From NCBI GenBank assembly GCA_039811645.1, contig JBDHZB010000006.1:1293-65292 (forward strand): a stretch of 64,000 nucleotides of DNA, given 5' to 3'. Shown piece after piece: positions 38,135-48,776 of this stretch. The DNA comes from Bacteroidia bacterium (GTDB lineage Bacteria > Bacteroidota > Bacteroidia > B-17B0 > Aurantibacillaceae). The notes below the pieces were generated by a model, which ran no database searches, was not told the DNA's origin, and worked only from the letters and a program-made list of their open reading frames with translations. A program made the translations under genes and the position numbers. Positions within the stretch are counted from its first letter, which is position 1, and every line of letters begins with the position of its first letter.

Positions 38135-39742
38135 TTATTTTTTATAATCCTTAAAAAAGGCTTGCGCTTTGGCATTAGTTGGTTCAATTTCTTTTACAAT
38201 CAGAAAATATTCAGATGCTTTTTCTTTATTTTTCTTTGAGGCATAATAGTATCCTAAATACTCACATGATTCTATTACATTAGATTTTTTTGCTGCTGTA
38301 TTACGTTCTTCCGGCTTTACTAATGATAAGTATTTTTCATAGTATGGAAATGCCAACCACTTTTCGTTTTTTGGATCTAAATTAGCTTTTGTTCTGCCCT
38401 TCCATACGTATCCTACATCAAAATTTGGAAGTTTATTAATAAGCATACCAAAAGCAGTATCTGCCTTATCAAAGTGTTTAGAAAGATAATAAGCGCGTCC
38501 CATTTCAAAGTAATCTTGAGAGGTTAAAGAAGAAAATCGGGTTTTGTCAAAGTAGGTAGCTGCTTTATCGTATTGTTTATTTTTAAGTGCCGTTTTAGCA
38601 ATTTCTTTGTATAAATCATTCGCTATAGAGGTATCTAGCTTAATTGCTTTATCTAATTCTATTAATCCTAAAGAATCTTTTCCTGTTTTCATTAAGAGTA
38701 ATCCTCTGTATTTATAGTCAGATGCAAGATATTTGAAATTCTGTCCTGTTTTATCAAAAAAACTATTTATGGCAGTCAATCCTTTTGTATATGCATCTTT
38801 ATCTGTTTTATCACCTAATTCATAATAAGAATATCCTAATATTCTATCTACATAAAAACTTTTAAATCCTTTAGATGTTAGGGTTTCCATCTCTTTAATT
38901 GCATCTGCATACTTTCCATTATCAAATAAAAAAGAGGCATAGCGATAACGTGCTTCATTGCTATTGTTCAGTTCCAGATATTTTTGATACGACTCAATTG
39001 CTTTAACGTCCATATTTGCTCTATGATAAAGCTCTGCCAATTCACGATAAGCGGGTGCAAAATTTGGATCTACTTCTATTGCTTTTTTATAATTATCTAA
39101 AGCCAATTGGTAGTTTCTTGCTCGTCCGTATAATTTTCCGATTCTTAATATTCCCTTTGCAGACTTTGAATCTAACTTAATGGCTTCATTATAATTTTTA
39201 ATTGCAGGAGAGCCATCTGCAGGATTTTTTTCAAGCATTGCATCACCAAGTAAAATATAATTGTTAGCATTTTTAGGTTCTAACTTAATTGCCTTATTTA
39301 ATAAATCTATGGCTTCCTCTAAACTTTTTTCGGGAGCATTAATATATACTTCTGCTATTTTTCTGTTTACTTCAGCATTTTTATTAAGTACAATAGATTG
39401 TGCTTTAAAAAACATTGCTTTTGCATCAGCGGATTTTCCTGCATACCAAAGATATTTTCCTGCACCAACATAATTTAAAGGATATGTTGGATTTTTATCA
39501 ATACCTTTTTGATAATAATAATTAGCGCTATCAGGAATATTTTTTAAGAAATAGTTTTCTCCAATATAAAAATACACATCGCCTTTATCAGGAGATTGAC
39601 TTAGTAATTTTAAATAATCAGAGGTTGCTGCATCTAACTGTTCATTCTCTGTTTTTTTTATAGCCTCGGCTAATGTTTGAGCTATTGATGAGTATGTAAA
39701 TGCAAAAAAAAGCAATACACCAAAAATCTTACTGAATTGCAT
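38135..39742 (-). CDS. Secreted tetratricopeptide (TPR) repeat protein
   Basis: Signal peptide MQFSKIFGVLLFFAFTYSSIAQ and many TPR-like A..Y..A...P repeats. The ATG at 39742 is preferred over the TTG at 39796. Confidence 0.8.
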   Translation of the reverse strand: MQFSKIFGVLLFFAFTYSSIAQTLAEAIKKTENEQLDAATSDYLKLLSQSPDKGDVYFYIGENYFLKNIPDSANYYYQKGIDKNPTYPLNYVGAGKYLWYAGKSADAKAMFFKAQSIVLNKNAEVNRKIAEVYINAPEKSLEEAIDLLNKAIKLEPKNANNYILLGDAMLEKNPADGSPAIKNYNEAIKLDSKSAKGILRIGKLYGRARNYQLALDNYKKAIEVDPNFAPAYRELAELYHRANMDVKAIESYQKYLELNNSNEARYRYASFLFDNGKYADAIKEMETLTSKGFKSFYVDRILGYSYYELGDKTDKDAYTKGLTAINSFFDKTGQNFKYLASDYKYRGLLLMKTGKDSLGLIELDKAIKLDTSIANDLYKEIAKTALKNKQYDKAATYFDKTRFSSLTSQDYFEMGRAYYLSKHFDKADTAFGMLINKLPNFDVGYVWKGRTKANLDPKNEKWLAFPYYEKYLSLVKPEERNTAAKKSNVIESCEYLGYYYASKKNKEKASEYFLIVKEIEPTNAKAQAFFKDYKK

Positions 39743-39821
39743 AGATTTATTTTTATTTCTGAGTGCTAATATCGTTCCAAAAAAGATACTAATCAAATCA
39801 GATTTGTTAATAAATAAAAAA

Positions 39822-40088
39822 TTATTTAGACTGAATTTCCGCTACAGCATCTCTTAGAGCTGACAAAAACTTATCAAAATCTTCGGGGTACAAGAAAATT
39901 TTATGTTTCTCAAACTTAAAATTACCCATATCATCCATCATTTTCTTCTTTTCAGTAATAGTGATATAGGGCTGATTAGTAGTTTTTGTTTCTTTAATGT
40001 CTATGTAATAAGTTCTTTTTCCTGCTTTCACAACTCTTACATTTGCATTGTTGTCTTGTTCAAAATTGTTTGATTCTTGAAAATTCAT
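39822..40088 (-). CDS. PUR-alpha-like ssDNA/RNA-binding protein (DUF3276 family)
   Basis: 88 aa. VKAGKRTYYIDIKETK..PYITITEKKK and KIFLYPEDFDKF match my memory of DUF3276. Confidence 0.75.
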   Translation of the reverse strand: MNFQESNNFEQDNNANVRVVKAGKRTYYIDIKETKTTNQPYITITEKKKMMDDMGNFKFEKHKIFLYPEDFDKFLSALRDAVAEIQSK

Positions 40089-40195
40089 AATAAGTGTTCT
40101 TTTTGGGCAATTTTAAGCATTTTATTTTTAATAGATGAATAATTTTTTGATGTTAAAATACTTGTCCTTACTTTCGTTGCGAAATTTAGTAAATT

Positions 40196-40972
40196 ATGTC
40201 AAAAAAAACAGTTCTTATTACAGGGAGTACAAGCGGAATAGGTTTAGGAATAGCAAAAGAGTTTGCAAAAACAAAACAATATAATATTGTATTTAATGGT
40301 TTAGAAAGTAATGGGAAAGACATTGCAGCACAAGTAGGAAAAGAGTTTGCTACAGAAACCCTTTTTCATGGTGCAAATCTTATGAATCCTATTGAGATAA
40401 AAGACATGATAAATACCGCATTTGAAAAGTTCGGCAGAATTGATGTGCTTATTAATAATGCGGGTATTCAACACGTGGCTGCTATTGAAGATTTCCCTGA
40501 TGAAAAATGGCAAGCTATTATCAATATTAATCTTTCTTCTGCTTTTTATTTAACCAAGTCTGTTTGGAAAAAAATGAAAGAAAATAAATTTGGAAGAATT
40601 ATCAATATAGCATCGGCGCATGGGCTAGTTGCTTCTGAATTTAAATCGGCTTATGTTGCAGCCAAGCATGGCCTTGTAGGGTTTACAAAAACAATTGCAT
40701 TAGAAGGCGCACCATTTAATATTACAGCAAATGCTATTTGCCCCGGATATGTAAAAACACCCTTAGTAGAAAAACAAATTGATGACCAAGCAAAAGCACA
40801 TGGTATTTCAAAAGAAGAAGTAATAAGCAAGGTAATGTTGTATAAACAAGCTGTAAAAGAATTTATTACAGTAGAACTACTTGGTCAAATGGCATTATTT
40901 TTAGCAACTGAACAAGCAGGAACTATTACCGGAACTGCACTGCCTATTGATGGTGGATGGAATGCCCAATAA
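40196..40972 (+). CDS. bdhA: D-3-hydroxybutyrate dehydrogenase (SDR)
   Basis: VLITGSTSGIGLGIA, NNAGIQH, IASAHGLVAS..SAYVAAKHG, CPGYVKTPLVEKQI, ITGT..PIDGGWNAQ. Closely parallels characterised BDH sequences as I remember them. Confidence 0.88.
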   Translation: MSKKTVLITGSTSGIGLGIAKEFAKTKQYNIVFNGLESNGKDIAAQVGKEFATETLFHGANLMNPIEIKDMINTAFEKFGRIDVLINNAGIQHVAAIEDFPDEKWQAIININLSSAFYLTKSVWKKMKENKFGRIINIASAHGLVASEFKSAYVAAKHGLVGFTKTIALEGAPFNITANAICPGYVKTPLVEKQIDDQAKAHGISKEEVISKVMLYKQAVKEFITVELLGQMALFLATEQAGTITGTALPIDGGWNAQ

Positions 40973-42770
40973 ACAATCTAATAAATTTAAGTCGCTGATA
41001 TTATTTCAAAACATAAGAGAGTCATTAACCCTGCTGGATAGCAAGCATCGTAAAAAATTCTATCTATCAATTTTGTTAGGGGTGTTTAATAGTTTTATTG
41101 ATGTTTTTATTTTATCATTGATATTTCCTGTTGTTTTTATTATTAGCAACACCACTATTATCCACACAAATAGTATTTTAAGATGGGGATATCAGCTTTT
41201 TTCTTTTTCTAACGACTCGAATTTCATTTTATTTCTTCTTGGAATTTTAGTTGTATTATTTCTTTTTAGATTAATTTCTACATTAGTTATACAAATAATA
41301 CAGATAAATATTTATTATGGTATCGCAGATTATTTTATGGAGCTAATGTCTAAAGCATTTCTAAGAAAAGAATACATTGATATTAAGAGCGAAACCATTG
41401 GAGAGTTGGATAAACAGATTCGCCAATTACCCATGCAGTTTGCTAATTTTATCTTAATGTCTTTTGGGCTTATTTTTTCAGAATTGGTAGTTCTGACAAT
41501 AATTCTAACAGGCATTATTATTTTTAAATTTCAATTATTTCTCATACTAACTGTTACTGTACTGCCAATTATTTTGCTATACTATTTTTCTGTAAAAAAC
41601 ACTGTTTATCGCCTTGGCAATGAAATTAGTCGTCTATCGGGTGTTACATTTAACCATACTCGAGAAATGATACAAGGATTTTTAGATATAAAAATTTATC
41701 AAAAAGAGAACTTTTTTATTTATAAAATTTTAGGAGCAACAAAAAAAATGTATCAATTAAGCAAGAAAGTTTTGCTACTGCAACAATCAGCACCAAAGGT
41801 ATTAGAATGGGGAGCTTTATTATCGTTATTTGTAATTTATTGGTATGCTACAACTAAAGGCGGCAACAACTCTGAAATAATCTTAATACTCAGTATTTAT
41901 ATTGCTTCTGCATATCGCATTCTTCCTTCGGTTAATAAGATAAATGCATCTATGTTGCTTATCAAACAATATGAGTTTATTATTGATATTTTTAGAGAGA
42001 ATAGTCAATTAATTCAAAAAACCAATTTAACCACAAATCAGAATATAGAACACATAGATTTTAATCATAAAATTGAAATTCACTCCATCTGCTATGGTTA
42101 TTCTAAGAACAGTGAATACCAAGATGTATTACAAGATATTTCATTTAATATTAATAAAGGTGAAATTATTGGCATTATGGGTAGGTCAGGAGCAGGCAAA
42201 ACAACGCTAATTTATATCTTATCCGGAATTATTACTCCAAAAAGCGGTAGTATTTTGATTGATAATAAAAATTTGAATACTAACAATGCCTTATCTTGGT
42301 ACAAACACTTGTCATTTGTTAATCAGGATATTTTTTTAACTAATCAATCGTTTGCAGAGAATATTGCACTTGGAGAACCTATTGAAAAAATTGATGTAGA
42401 AAGAGTTAATAAAAGTCTTAAAGATGTTGATTTATACGAAGAAGTGTATTTAAGACCAAAGAATATATTTGAACCTATTGGAGAAAGTGGGGCGTTTTTA
42501 TCCGGAGGACAGAAACAGCGATTAGCCATTGCCCGTGCGCTCTACAAAAAAGCATCTGTTATTATTATGGACGAAGCAACCAGTGCTTTAGACGAGCATA
42601 CACAAAAAAATATCATTGGTACTTTACATAAAATTGTAGAAGAGCATAGCATAACTCTTATACTAATTGCACATAGAATAAGTACACTTTCATATTGTAA
42701 TAAAATTATTCGTCTTGAAAAAGGTAAAATAAAAGACAGTATTACTTATCAGGATTTATTAAAAGAATGA
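40947..42770 (+). CDS. ABC exporter, fused TMD-NBD
   Basis: N-terminal 6-TM domain, Walker A GRSGAGKTT, signature LSGGQKQR, Walker B VIIMDEATS. The start is uncertain because it overlaps bdhA. Confidence 0.85.
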   Translation: MMVDGMPNKQSNKFKSLILFQNIRESLTLLDSKHRKKFYLSILLGVFNSFIDVFILSLIFPVVFIISNTTIIHTNSILRWGYQLFSFSNDSNFILFLLGILVVLFLFRLISTLVIQIIQINIYYGIADYFMELMSKAFLRKEYIDIKSETIGELDKQIRQLPMQFANFILMSFGLIFSELVVLTIILTGIIIFKFQLFLILTVTVLPIILLYYFSVKNTVYRLGNEISRLSGVTFNHTREMIQGFLDIKIYQKENFFIYKILGATKKMYQLSKKVLLLQQSAPKVLEWGALLSLFVIYWYATTKGGNNSEIILILSIYIASAYRILPSVNKINASMLLIKQYEFIIDIFRENSQLIQKTNLTTNQNIEHIDFNHKIEIHSICYGYSKNSEYQDVLQDISFNINKGEIIGIMGRSGAGKTTLIYILSGIITPKSGSILIDNKNLNTNNALSWYKHLSFVNQDIFLTNQSFAENIALGEPIEKIDVERVNKSLKDVDLYEEVYLRPKNIFEPIGESGAFLSGGQKQRLAIARALYKKASVIIMDEATSALDEHTQKNIIGTLHKIVEEHSITLILIAHRISTLSYCNKIIRLEKGKIKDSITYQDLLKE

Positions 42771-42777
42771 TAGTGTA

Positions 42778-44496
42778 TTACTTTACTTCATATAGGTAAA
42801 CATTCCAATACAGTCCCTTAAATTGGTGGACAAAAGACAATTGTGTATTTCTATCACTTATCTTTCTTAATGAAAACAAAAACTTACCACCGTTTTCTTT
42901 AATAATATTGTAATTCAAATTTAATTCTTTTACCTCTCCATTATCTAAAGTGTCTGATGTGAAAAAGTAAGTTTTATTATTAACCGTGTGACGATTATTA
43001 ATCATCTTTTCAAATAGTTCTCTGTTTTTTTGAGGATAATACACATTGTATCCATCTAAAGTATAGAAGCCATGATAAAATAAAATCATAGGAGAAAATG
43101 TGGGATAATCCGGATGATTAACCAATGTTAAAGTGCGGTACTGATTCTTTTTCAAGTTATAATTTTGAAAAATAAATGCATCTATGGTATTAAATAGTTT
43201 GTTATCAAAATACTCTTTGTATGTAGGGTGTGTTTTTTTTAAGTTGTTTGATAAAGTAGATTCTAACCCGAAAGGCATATCATAAGAATAAGTAGTGCCG
43301 GTTGTGAACAGTAAGTATAATATAAAAAACGAGAGATACATATATAAAAATATAATAACTCTTCGGTTTACAAATGCTTTATAAATACTAAAAACACAGA
43401 TAAATAAAATAACCAACCATAATGAAGAATTAAGCACATAAACCCTAAGCGTAACTCCTGATAATAACTTTTGGAAAGACGGGGCAAATCCTAAGATAGA
43501 AATAAATACGTATTTAAAGTAATTGGCATATGCTAATATAAAGGTAACAAAAAACAACAATATCAGGGCAAATAAATATTTCTTATTACCAACAATGTAA
43601 TTGACAATCAAGGAAAAAATAAAAATAAAAATTGCAAAGGGAAATAACTTAATTGGCGTATCCATATATGATTTAAGATAAATATCATATAAATAAATAG
43701 TTTTCTTAATAACCATAAATAAGCCCATGTGAGCATTTTTATAAGCATCATTCACTCTATGAGAAACAAAGTGATCTATTAAAATACTTTTAAACAATCT
43801 ATACTCCACAAGTATATTTATTACTAAAAACAATGCTATAGCTAAGTAATAAACCCATGGCGTTTTCCTTGATTTATAATTTAAAATTAAACCCATTACA
43901 ATTAAACCCATTATTAAAAACGAATTACAGAAAATAAATGATGAATAAAAAGAATGAACTATCATATAAGCCCAATTACTCCAATGATAGTTTTTTTTAT
44001 AAATATTTAAAAACACAGTTAATAACATAGGAATGCCGGCTATACTTAATCCGCCTAATGGCCAGTGAGGAAGCAATGCAAAATACAATGCAAGTAAGTC
44101 AATTAAAAAATGATTTTCAAATTTTTCTAAATTAAATAGTTTAATTAAATGATTCTTAATTAACAATCTACTGCCTATATAAGCGACAAAATGTAATAAG
44201 ATTAAATTAATAGAATATGCCCAAAATGGATTAAACACTTTATATAACCATGTTGAAATAACAAATTCAGACGGAAACCCTACCCTTGTTATGCCATTCA
44301 TTAAATTAGGTATGAGTGTGTTATTAGCTGCAAACAAAAAATCGCTGTTTGCAATATAATTATGCATGGGCATATACTCTATTCCATCATAAATACAGAA
44401 AAAAACATTTTCGCCCAATAAAAATATTGGAGAAATATAAAGCAATAGTATAAAGAAACTAATATATAGATGGTATTTATCTAAATACTTTATCAT
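42778..44496 (-). CDS. Large polytopic membrane protein (DUF6044-like, tentative)
   Basis: 572 aa with more than 10 TM segments and a soluble C-terminal ~170 aa. The N-terminal PIFLLGENVFFCIYDG resembles what I recall for DUF6044. Confidence 0.6.
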   Translation of the reverse strand: MIKYLDKYHLYISFFILLLYISPIFLLGENVFFCIYDGIEYMPMHNYIANSDFLFAANNTLIPNLMNGITRVGFPSEFVISTWLYKVFNPFWAYSINLILLHFVAYIGSRLLIKNHLIKLFNLEKFENHFLIDLLALYFALLPHWPLGGLSIAGIPMLLTVFLNIYKKNYHWSNWAYMIVHSFYSSFIFCNSFLIMGLIVMGLILNYKSRKTPWVYYLAIALFLVINILVEYRLFKSILIDHFVSHRVNDAYKNAHMGLFMVIKKTIYLYDIYLKSYMDTPIKLFPFAIFIFIFSLIVNYIVGNKKYLFALILLFFVTFILAYANYFKYVFISILGFAPSFQKLLSGVTLRVYVLNSSLWLVILFICVFSIYKAFVNRRVIIFLYMYLSFFILYLLFTTGTTYSYDMPFGLESTLSNNLKKTHPTYKEYFDNKLFNTIDAFIFQNYNLKKNQYRTLTLVNHPDYPTFSPMILFYHGFYTLDGYNVYYPQKNRELFEKMINNRHTVNNKTYFFTSDTLDNGEVKELNLNYNIIKENGGKFLFSLRKISDRNTQLSFVHQFKGLYWNVYLYEVK

Positions 44497-44513
44497 TTTG
44501 TAGTATTAAATTG

Positions 44514-44521
44514 CAAATATA
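44514..44521 (-). promoter_or_regulatory. -7 promoter box TATATTTG
   Basis: Exact TAnnTTTG match on the minus strand, 17 nt upstream of the ATG at 44496. Confidence 0.45.
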
Positions 44522-44556
44522 GGTTATTTAATGGGGTTAAGTCTATATGCTCTTGT

Positions 44557-47199
44557 TTATATTTTTGAGCGTATTATTTTTTCGGTTTCTGACAAAGCTG
44601 CTTGTAGTCCGCTTTTATCGGAACCTCCTGCTTGTGCAAAGTTTGCCTGCCCACCGCCACCGCCTTTAATATATTTAGCTCCCTCACGAATAAGTTGTGA
44701 GGCATTGATTTTATCGGTTAATGTTTGATTAACTATTAAAGATAAATAGCACTTTTCTTGATTAGTATTACCTATTAGCCCTATAAAATTACTTACTTCA
44801 TTGTTTAATTCAAACAATATATTTTTTATTTCGTCAGGGCTTTCAAAATTAACCTGTGTAACTAATAAGCTTACGCCATTTACAGATGTAATTTTTTGTT
44901 TCAGTTCTTTCTTTATTAATTGTCCTTGTTCTTTTTGTATGCTTTGAAGATGTTTTTTTAATTCCTTATTTTCTTCTATCATCTGTTCTACTTTTTGCTC
45001 TATGCCTTTTTGTGCTTTAAGTAAATCACCTATATGTTTGATGCTTTGATATTTCTGATTAAGAAAATTAAAAGCGGGCATTCCCGTATAAGCCTCTATT
45101 CTTCTAATACCGGAAGAAATAGCTTCCTCTGAAATAATTTTAAACACACCTATACTACCTGTGCTTTTTACATGTGTACCACCACATAGCTCTATAGAAT
45201 ATTGTGCATCAAACACCACTACTCTTACAACATCTTCGTATTTTTCACCAAACAGTGCCATGGCGCCTTTTTTCTTGGCTTGCTCTATAGGTAAAAGTTC
45301 TATATCCGATGCAATATTTTCCTGAATTTTTGTATTAACAATCTTTTCTACTTCCTGAATTTGTTCTTCAGTCATTTTGGTAAAATGAGAAAAATCAAAT
45401 CTGAGATATTCGCTATTTACCAAACTTCCTCTTTGTTCTACATGTGTGCCCAATACTTTTCTTAATGCAGCATGCAATAAGTGGGTAGCGGAATGGTTAG
45501 CGGCAGAACGCAATCTTTTATCAATATCAATTTGTGCAATTAACTTTTGATTAATTTCTTTTGGTAATTGTTCGGCGTAATGAATAATAGTTCCTGTTTC
45601 CTTTTTTGTATCAATAATATTTATTTTTTCGTCTTTAAAGATTAAATGTCCTGTATCACCTATCTGCCCACCTCCTTCCGGGTAAAAGGGTGTTTCCATC
45701 AAAACAATCTGATATAATGTTTTATTTTTTTGTTTAACCTGGCGATATTTTAAAACCTGCGTTTCTGTTTGTATTTTATCATATCCCATAAATTTACCAT
45801 CGCCTTCTTTTAGATTTATCCAATCATCTGTTTCTATGGCAGTGGCTGCTTTTGACCGTGTTTTTTGTTCTTCTAAGCATTTATGAAATTCAGTTTCATT
45901 TATCGATAAATTATTTTCTCGTGCAATCAGTGCAGTTAAATCAAACGGGAAACCATACGTATCGTATAATTCAAAAGCAATTTTTCCATCTATTATGGTT
46001 TGCTTTTCTTGCTTCATTTTTTCAATAATCACTTCGATTCTTCTAAGTCCGTTTTCAAGTGTTCTTAAAAAAGCTGTTTCTTCTTCTTTAATAATATTTG
46101 TAATTAATCCTTGTTGTTGTTTTAACTCAGGAAACGCATCTCCCATGTTAGCAACAAGCGTAGGAATCACTTTATATAATAAAGGATTTTTTTGATTTAG
46201 GAATTGAAAAGCATAACGCACTGCTCTTCTTAAAATTCTTCTGATAACATAGCCCGCACCTGTATTAGAGGGCAACTGTCCATCAGCAATGGCAAAAGAG
46301 ATGGCGCGAATATGGTCGGCAATTACACGAATGGCAACATTGATGGTTTTTTGTTTAACATCATTTTCTTTTGAAAAATCATACTTAAACTTTGTAATGG
46401 TTTCTATTTCATGAATAAGCGGAGTAAATACATCTGTATCGTAAGTGCTTGTTTTTCCTTGAATAACCATACACAATCGTTCAAAGCCCATGCCGGTATC
46501 CACATGATTCTTGGCAAGTGGCACTAAACTACCGTTGGCTTTTCTTTCATATTGCATAAATACCAAGTTCCATATTTCAATAACTTGCGGATGCCCTGTA
46601 TTTACCAGATGAATACCATCTTGCTTTTTTCTATCTTCGTCAGAACGCATATCGCAATGAATCTCTGTACAAGGTCCACAAGGTCCGGTATCGCCCATCT
46701 CCCAAAAATTATCTTTTTTATTTCCTCTTATAATTCGTTTTTCATCTATATAATTTTTCCATATATCGTATGCTTCTTTGTCAAACTCTAAATTTTCTTT
46801 TTGGTCGCCCTCAAATACCGTTACATATAATTTATCTTTTGGTATTTTATAAACTTCTGTCAATAGTTCCCAAGCCCAAGCAATAGCTTCTTTTTTGAAA
46901 TAATCGCCAAAGCTCCAATTACCAAGCATTTCAAATAAGGTATGATGATAGGTATCCATTCCAACATCTTCCAAATCGTTATGTTTTCCGCTTACTCTTA
47001 AACATTTTTGAGTATCGGCAACACGGGGATAACGAATAGGTACATTTCCTAAAAACCAGTCTTTAAATGGCGCCATACCACTGTTTATAAACATCAGGGT
47101 TGGGTCATTTTTTACAACCATAGGTGCAGACGGAACAATTTCGTGCTGCTTAGACTTGAAAAAATCTAAAAATGCTTTTCTTATTTGATTATTATCCAT
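44557..47199 (-). CDS. alaS: Alanine--tRNA ligase
   Basis: 880 aa. FLDFFKSKQHEIVPSAP, class II core, editing-domain HSATHLLH and CGGTH, C-terminal DHHA1-like GGGGGQANFAQAGG. Confidence 0.97.
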   Translation of the reverse strand: MDNNQIRKAFLDFFKSKQHEIVPSAPMVVKNDPTLMFINSGMAPFKDWFLGNVPIRYPRVADTQKCLRVSGKHNDLEDVGMDTYHHTLFEMLGNWSFGDYFKKEAIAWAWELLTEVYKIPKDKLYVTVFEGDQKENLEFDKEAYDIWKNYIDEKRIIRGNKKDNFWEMGDTGPCGPCTEIHCDMRSDEDRKKQDGIHLVNTGHPQVIEIWNLVFMQYERKANGSLVPLAKNHVDTGMGFERLCMVIQGKTSTYDTDVFTPLIHEIETITKFKYDFSKENDVKQKTINVAIRVIADHIRAISFAIADGQLPSNTGAGYVIRRILRRAVRYAFQFLNQKNPLLYKVIPTLVANMGDAFPELKQQQGLITNIIKEEETAFLRTLENGLRRIEVIIEKMKQEKQTIIDGKIAFELYDTYGFPFDLTALIARENNLSINETEFHKCLEEQKTRSKAATAIETDDWINLKEGDGKFMGYDKIQTETQVLKYRQVKQKNKTLYQIVLMETPFYPEGGGQIGDTGHLIFKDEKINIIDTKKETGTIIHYAEQLPKEINQKLIAQIDIDKRLRSAANHSATHLLHAALRKVLGTHVEQRGSLVNSEYLRFDFSHFTKMTEEQIQEVEKIVNTKIQENIASDIELLPIEQAKKKGAMALFGEKYEDVVRVVVFDAQYSIELCGGTHVKSTGSIGVFKIISEEAISSGIRRIEAYTGMPAFNFLNQKYQSIKHIGDLLKAQKGIEQKVEQMIEENKELKKHLQSIQKEQGQLIKKELKQKITSVNGVSLLVTQVNFESPDEIKNILFELNNEVSNFIGLIGNTNQEKCYLSLIVNQTLTDKINASQLIREGAKYIKGGGGGQANFAQAGGSDKSGLQAALSETEKIIRSKI

Positions 47200-47259
47200 A
47201 GCTCAAAAATGAGTTGGCAAAAGTAACATTTTATTTATGTTTAACGAAATAGAAGATTG
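47198..47259. repeat. Direct repeat copy A (alaS promoter/leader), 62 bp identical to 50308-50369
   Basis: Base-by-base comparison of the two regions. Degenerate similarity extends to 47186 (alaS codons 1-4) and to 47262. Confidence 0.9.
47218..47225 (-). promoter_or_regulatory. -7 promoter box TACTTTTG of alaS
   Basis: Exact TAnnTTTG match on the minus strand, 18 nt upstream of the alaS ATG. A TTTC lies ~20 nt further upstream as a weak -33 element. Confidence 0.5.
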
Positions 47260-47475
47260 ATTGAAAATTTTTACTCTACTTATTATATATAATCTAACTC
47301 AATTTTTTAAGCAAAGCTTTAAGGTAAAAGCTTATCGACTCCTTAGGAAATATTCCACACTATCAATATTTTGTGGAGATAATGGAAGAATTTCTTGAAT
47401 ACAATATCCATTTGTAATAATGAGTGTAGTATTTTGGATGTTAAGATTAAGCCAATTGAGTAAGTTGTTAATTAG

Positions 47476-48774
47476 TTATTTCCCATGCTGCATTAGCCAA
47501 ATAGCATCTATTGTAATCATTGAATCAAGTGATACTTTTCTTTCAATGGCTTTCTTTTCAATTTGTTCCAACCACTTTTTATCTGCTTTAATATAATTTC
47601 TTATACTATTTACTTTATCCTGAAGTTCAGACTTATTTAGTATTCCTTTGTATAAATTATAAGTTTTTTCTATAAAACCCCAACCCAGCCCATGTAAATT
47701 AGCGTCAGTTGCCATAATAATAATGATATCGTGCTTGGAAATTTCATCTTTTAGATTAAGCTGATTTGTTTCTAATTGCGTAGAAATATCCGTGCCATGT
47801 ACTTGTTTATTATAAAACCAAAAATGATTACTTGAAAAAGAACGTGTAATAATGCCTCGCCCAAACATGCCCCAATAAAAACTATCGGCGATAACCAATA
47901 CTGATATTTTTGATTTTCCCGTGTCTGAATCAAATTTGAGGCGAGGGTATGCCATCTTAAAAGTTTTTAACCTGAAAAATATATTCATGCCATCTGCCAC
48001 ATCATAATCAGTTTCTCTTGGATCATCTAAATCAATATCATTCCAATAGAAATTAGGCAAATCAATATTTCGTAGTTTTTCAATGTAGCGGACTATTGAA
48101 TCGGCTGCAATACACATTCCATAATAGCTCCAATGAATACCATATTGTGGATATAATGGATATTTTGAAGTATGTTTATGTTCTAAAAAGTATTTATTAA
48201 AATCAATATATTTTATGTTCAAATCTTTGGTAAGTTTTACGTGCCATTCATAATTTGTAGCATTCTTTCTAATTCTAAACTTTTCAGGTATAAATTCAGG
48301 GTAAAATGTTCCTTTTCCGGCAGCAATAACTAATATTATATCTTTGTGAAGTTTGGCTAAAGTATCCTGAATAAACTTTAATCGCTGCATGCGGTGTGTT
48401 ATACTATCTACACCTATAAAATCATCTCCATAGTACGTTTTGATATAGTTTTCTTCATATAAATAATTTTCTTTACCAACAATTACCCCATTAGCTTTTG
48501 CCTTGTTAAACAAGCTGAATGCAATTTGATTATTAATTTTAATAAATAAGCTTCTAAAGCCAAATGTTTCATTCAAGTATTTTTCTTCTTGCTCCTGATA
48601 AGTACCCGAAAACCAATCTTTACTATTAATGTATCTTTTTTCCGGCTCTGTTATTGCACCTTTCAAAGGCTCCAACTGAACAATATTAAACTTGGATTGA
48701 AAAAAGGGAAGAACTAACAATGCTAACACAATGAGCAGTAAAATACCTTTTATTCTAATTACTTTATTTTCCAT
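47476..48774 (-). CDS. AlgX/AlgJ/DltD-like accessory protein of the MBOAT O-acylation system (membrane-anchored, SGNH-like)
   Basis: N-terminal TM anchor. GIHWSYYG resembles the (D/S)xHW motif of AlgJ/AlgX-type proteins. Its ATG is 2 nt downstream of the MBOAT stop. Confidence 0.6.
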   Translation of the reverse strand: MENKVIRIKGILLLIVLALLVLPFFQSKFNIVQLEPLKGAITEPEKRYINSKDWFSGTYQEQEEKYLNETFGFRSLFIKINNQIAFSLFNKAKANGVIVGKENYLYEENYIKTYYGDDFIGVDSITHRMQRLKFIQDTLAKLHKDIILVIAAGKGTFYPEFIPEKFRIRKNATNYEWHVKLTKDLNIKYIDFNKYFLEHKHTSKYPLYPQYGIHWSYYGMCIAADSIVRYIEKLRNIDLPNFYWNDIDLDDPRETDYDVADGMNIFFRLKTFKMAYPRLKFDSDTGKSKISVLVIADSFYWGMFGRGIITRSFSSNHFWFYNKQVHGTDISTQLETNQLNLKDEISKHDIIIIMATDANLHGLGWGFIEKTYNLYKGILNKSELQDKVNSIRNYIKADKKWLEQIEKKAIERKVSLDSMITIDAIWLMQHGK

Positions 48775-48776
48775 AA

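Noticed and set aside
47314-47333. 7-bp hairpin AAGCTTT-AAGGTA-AAAGCTT downstream of the AlgX/AlgJ-like gene
   Set aside because: It is not followed by a T-run on either strand, so it is not a convincing intrinsic terminator. It may be incidental to the palindromic AAGCTT sites.
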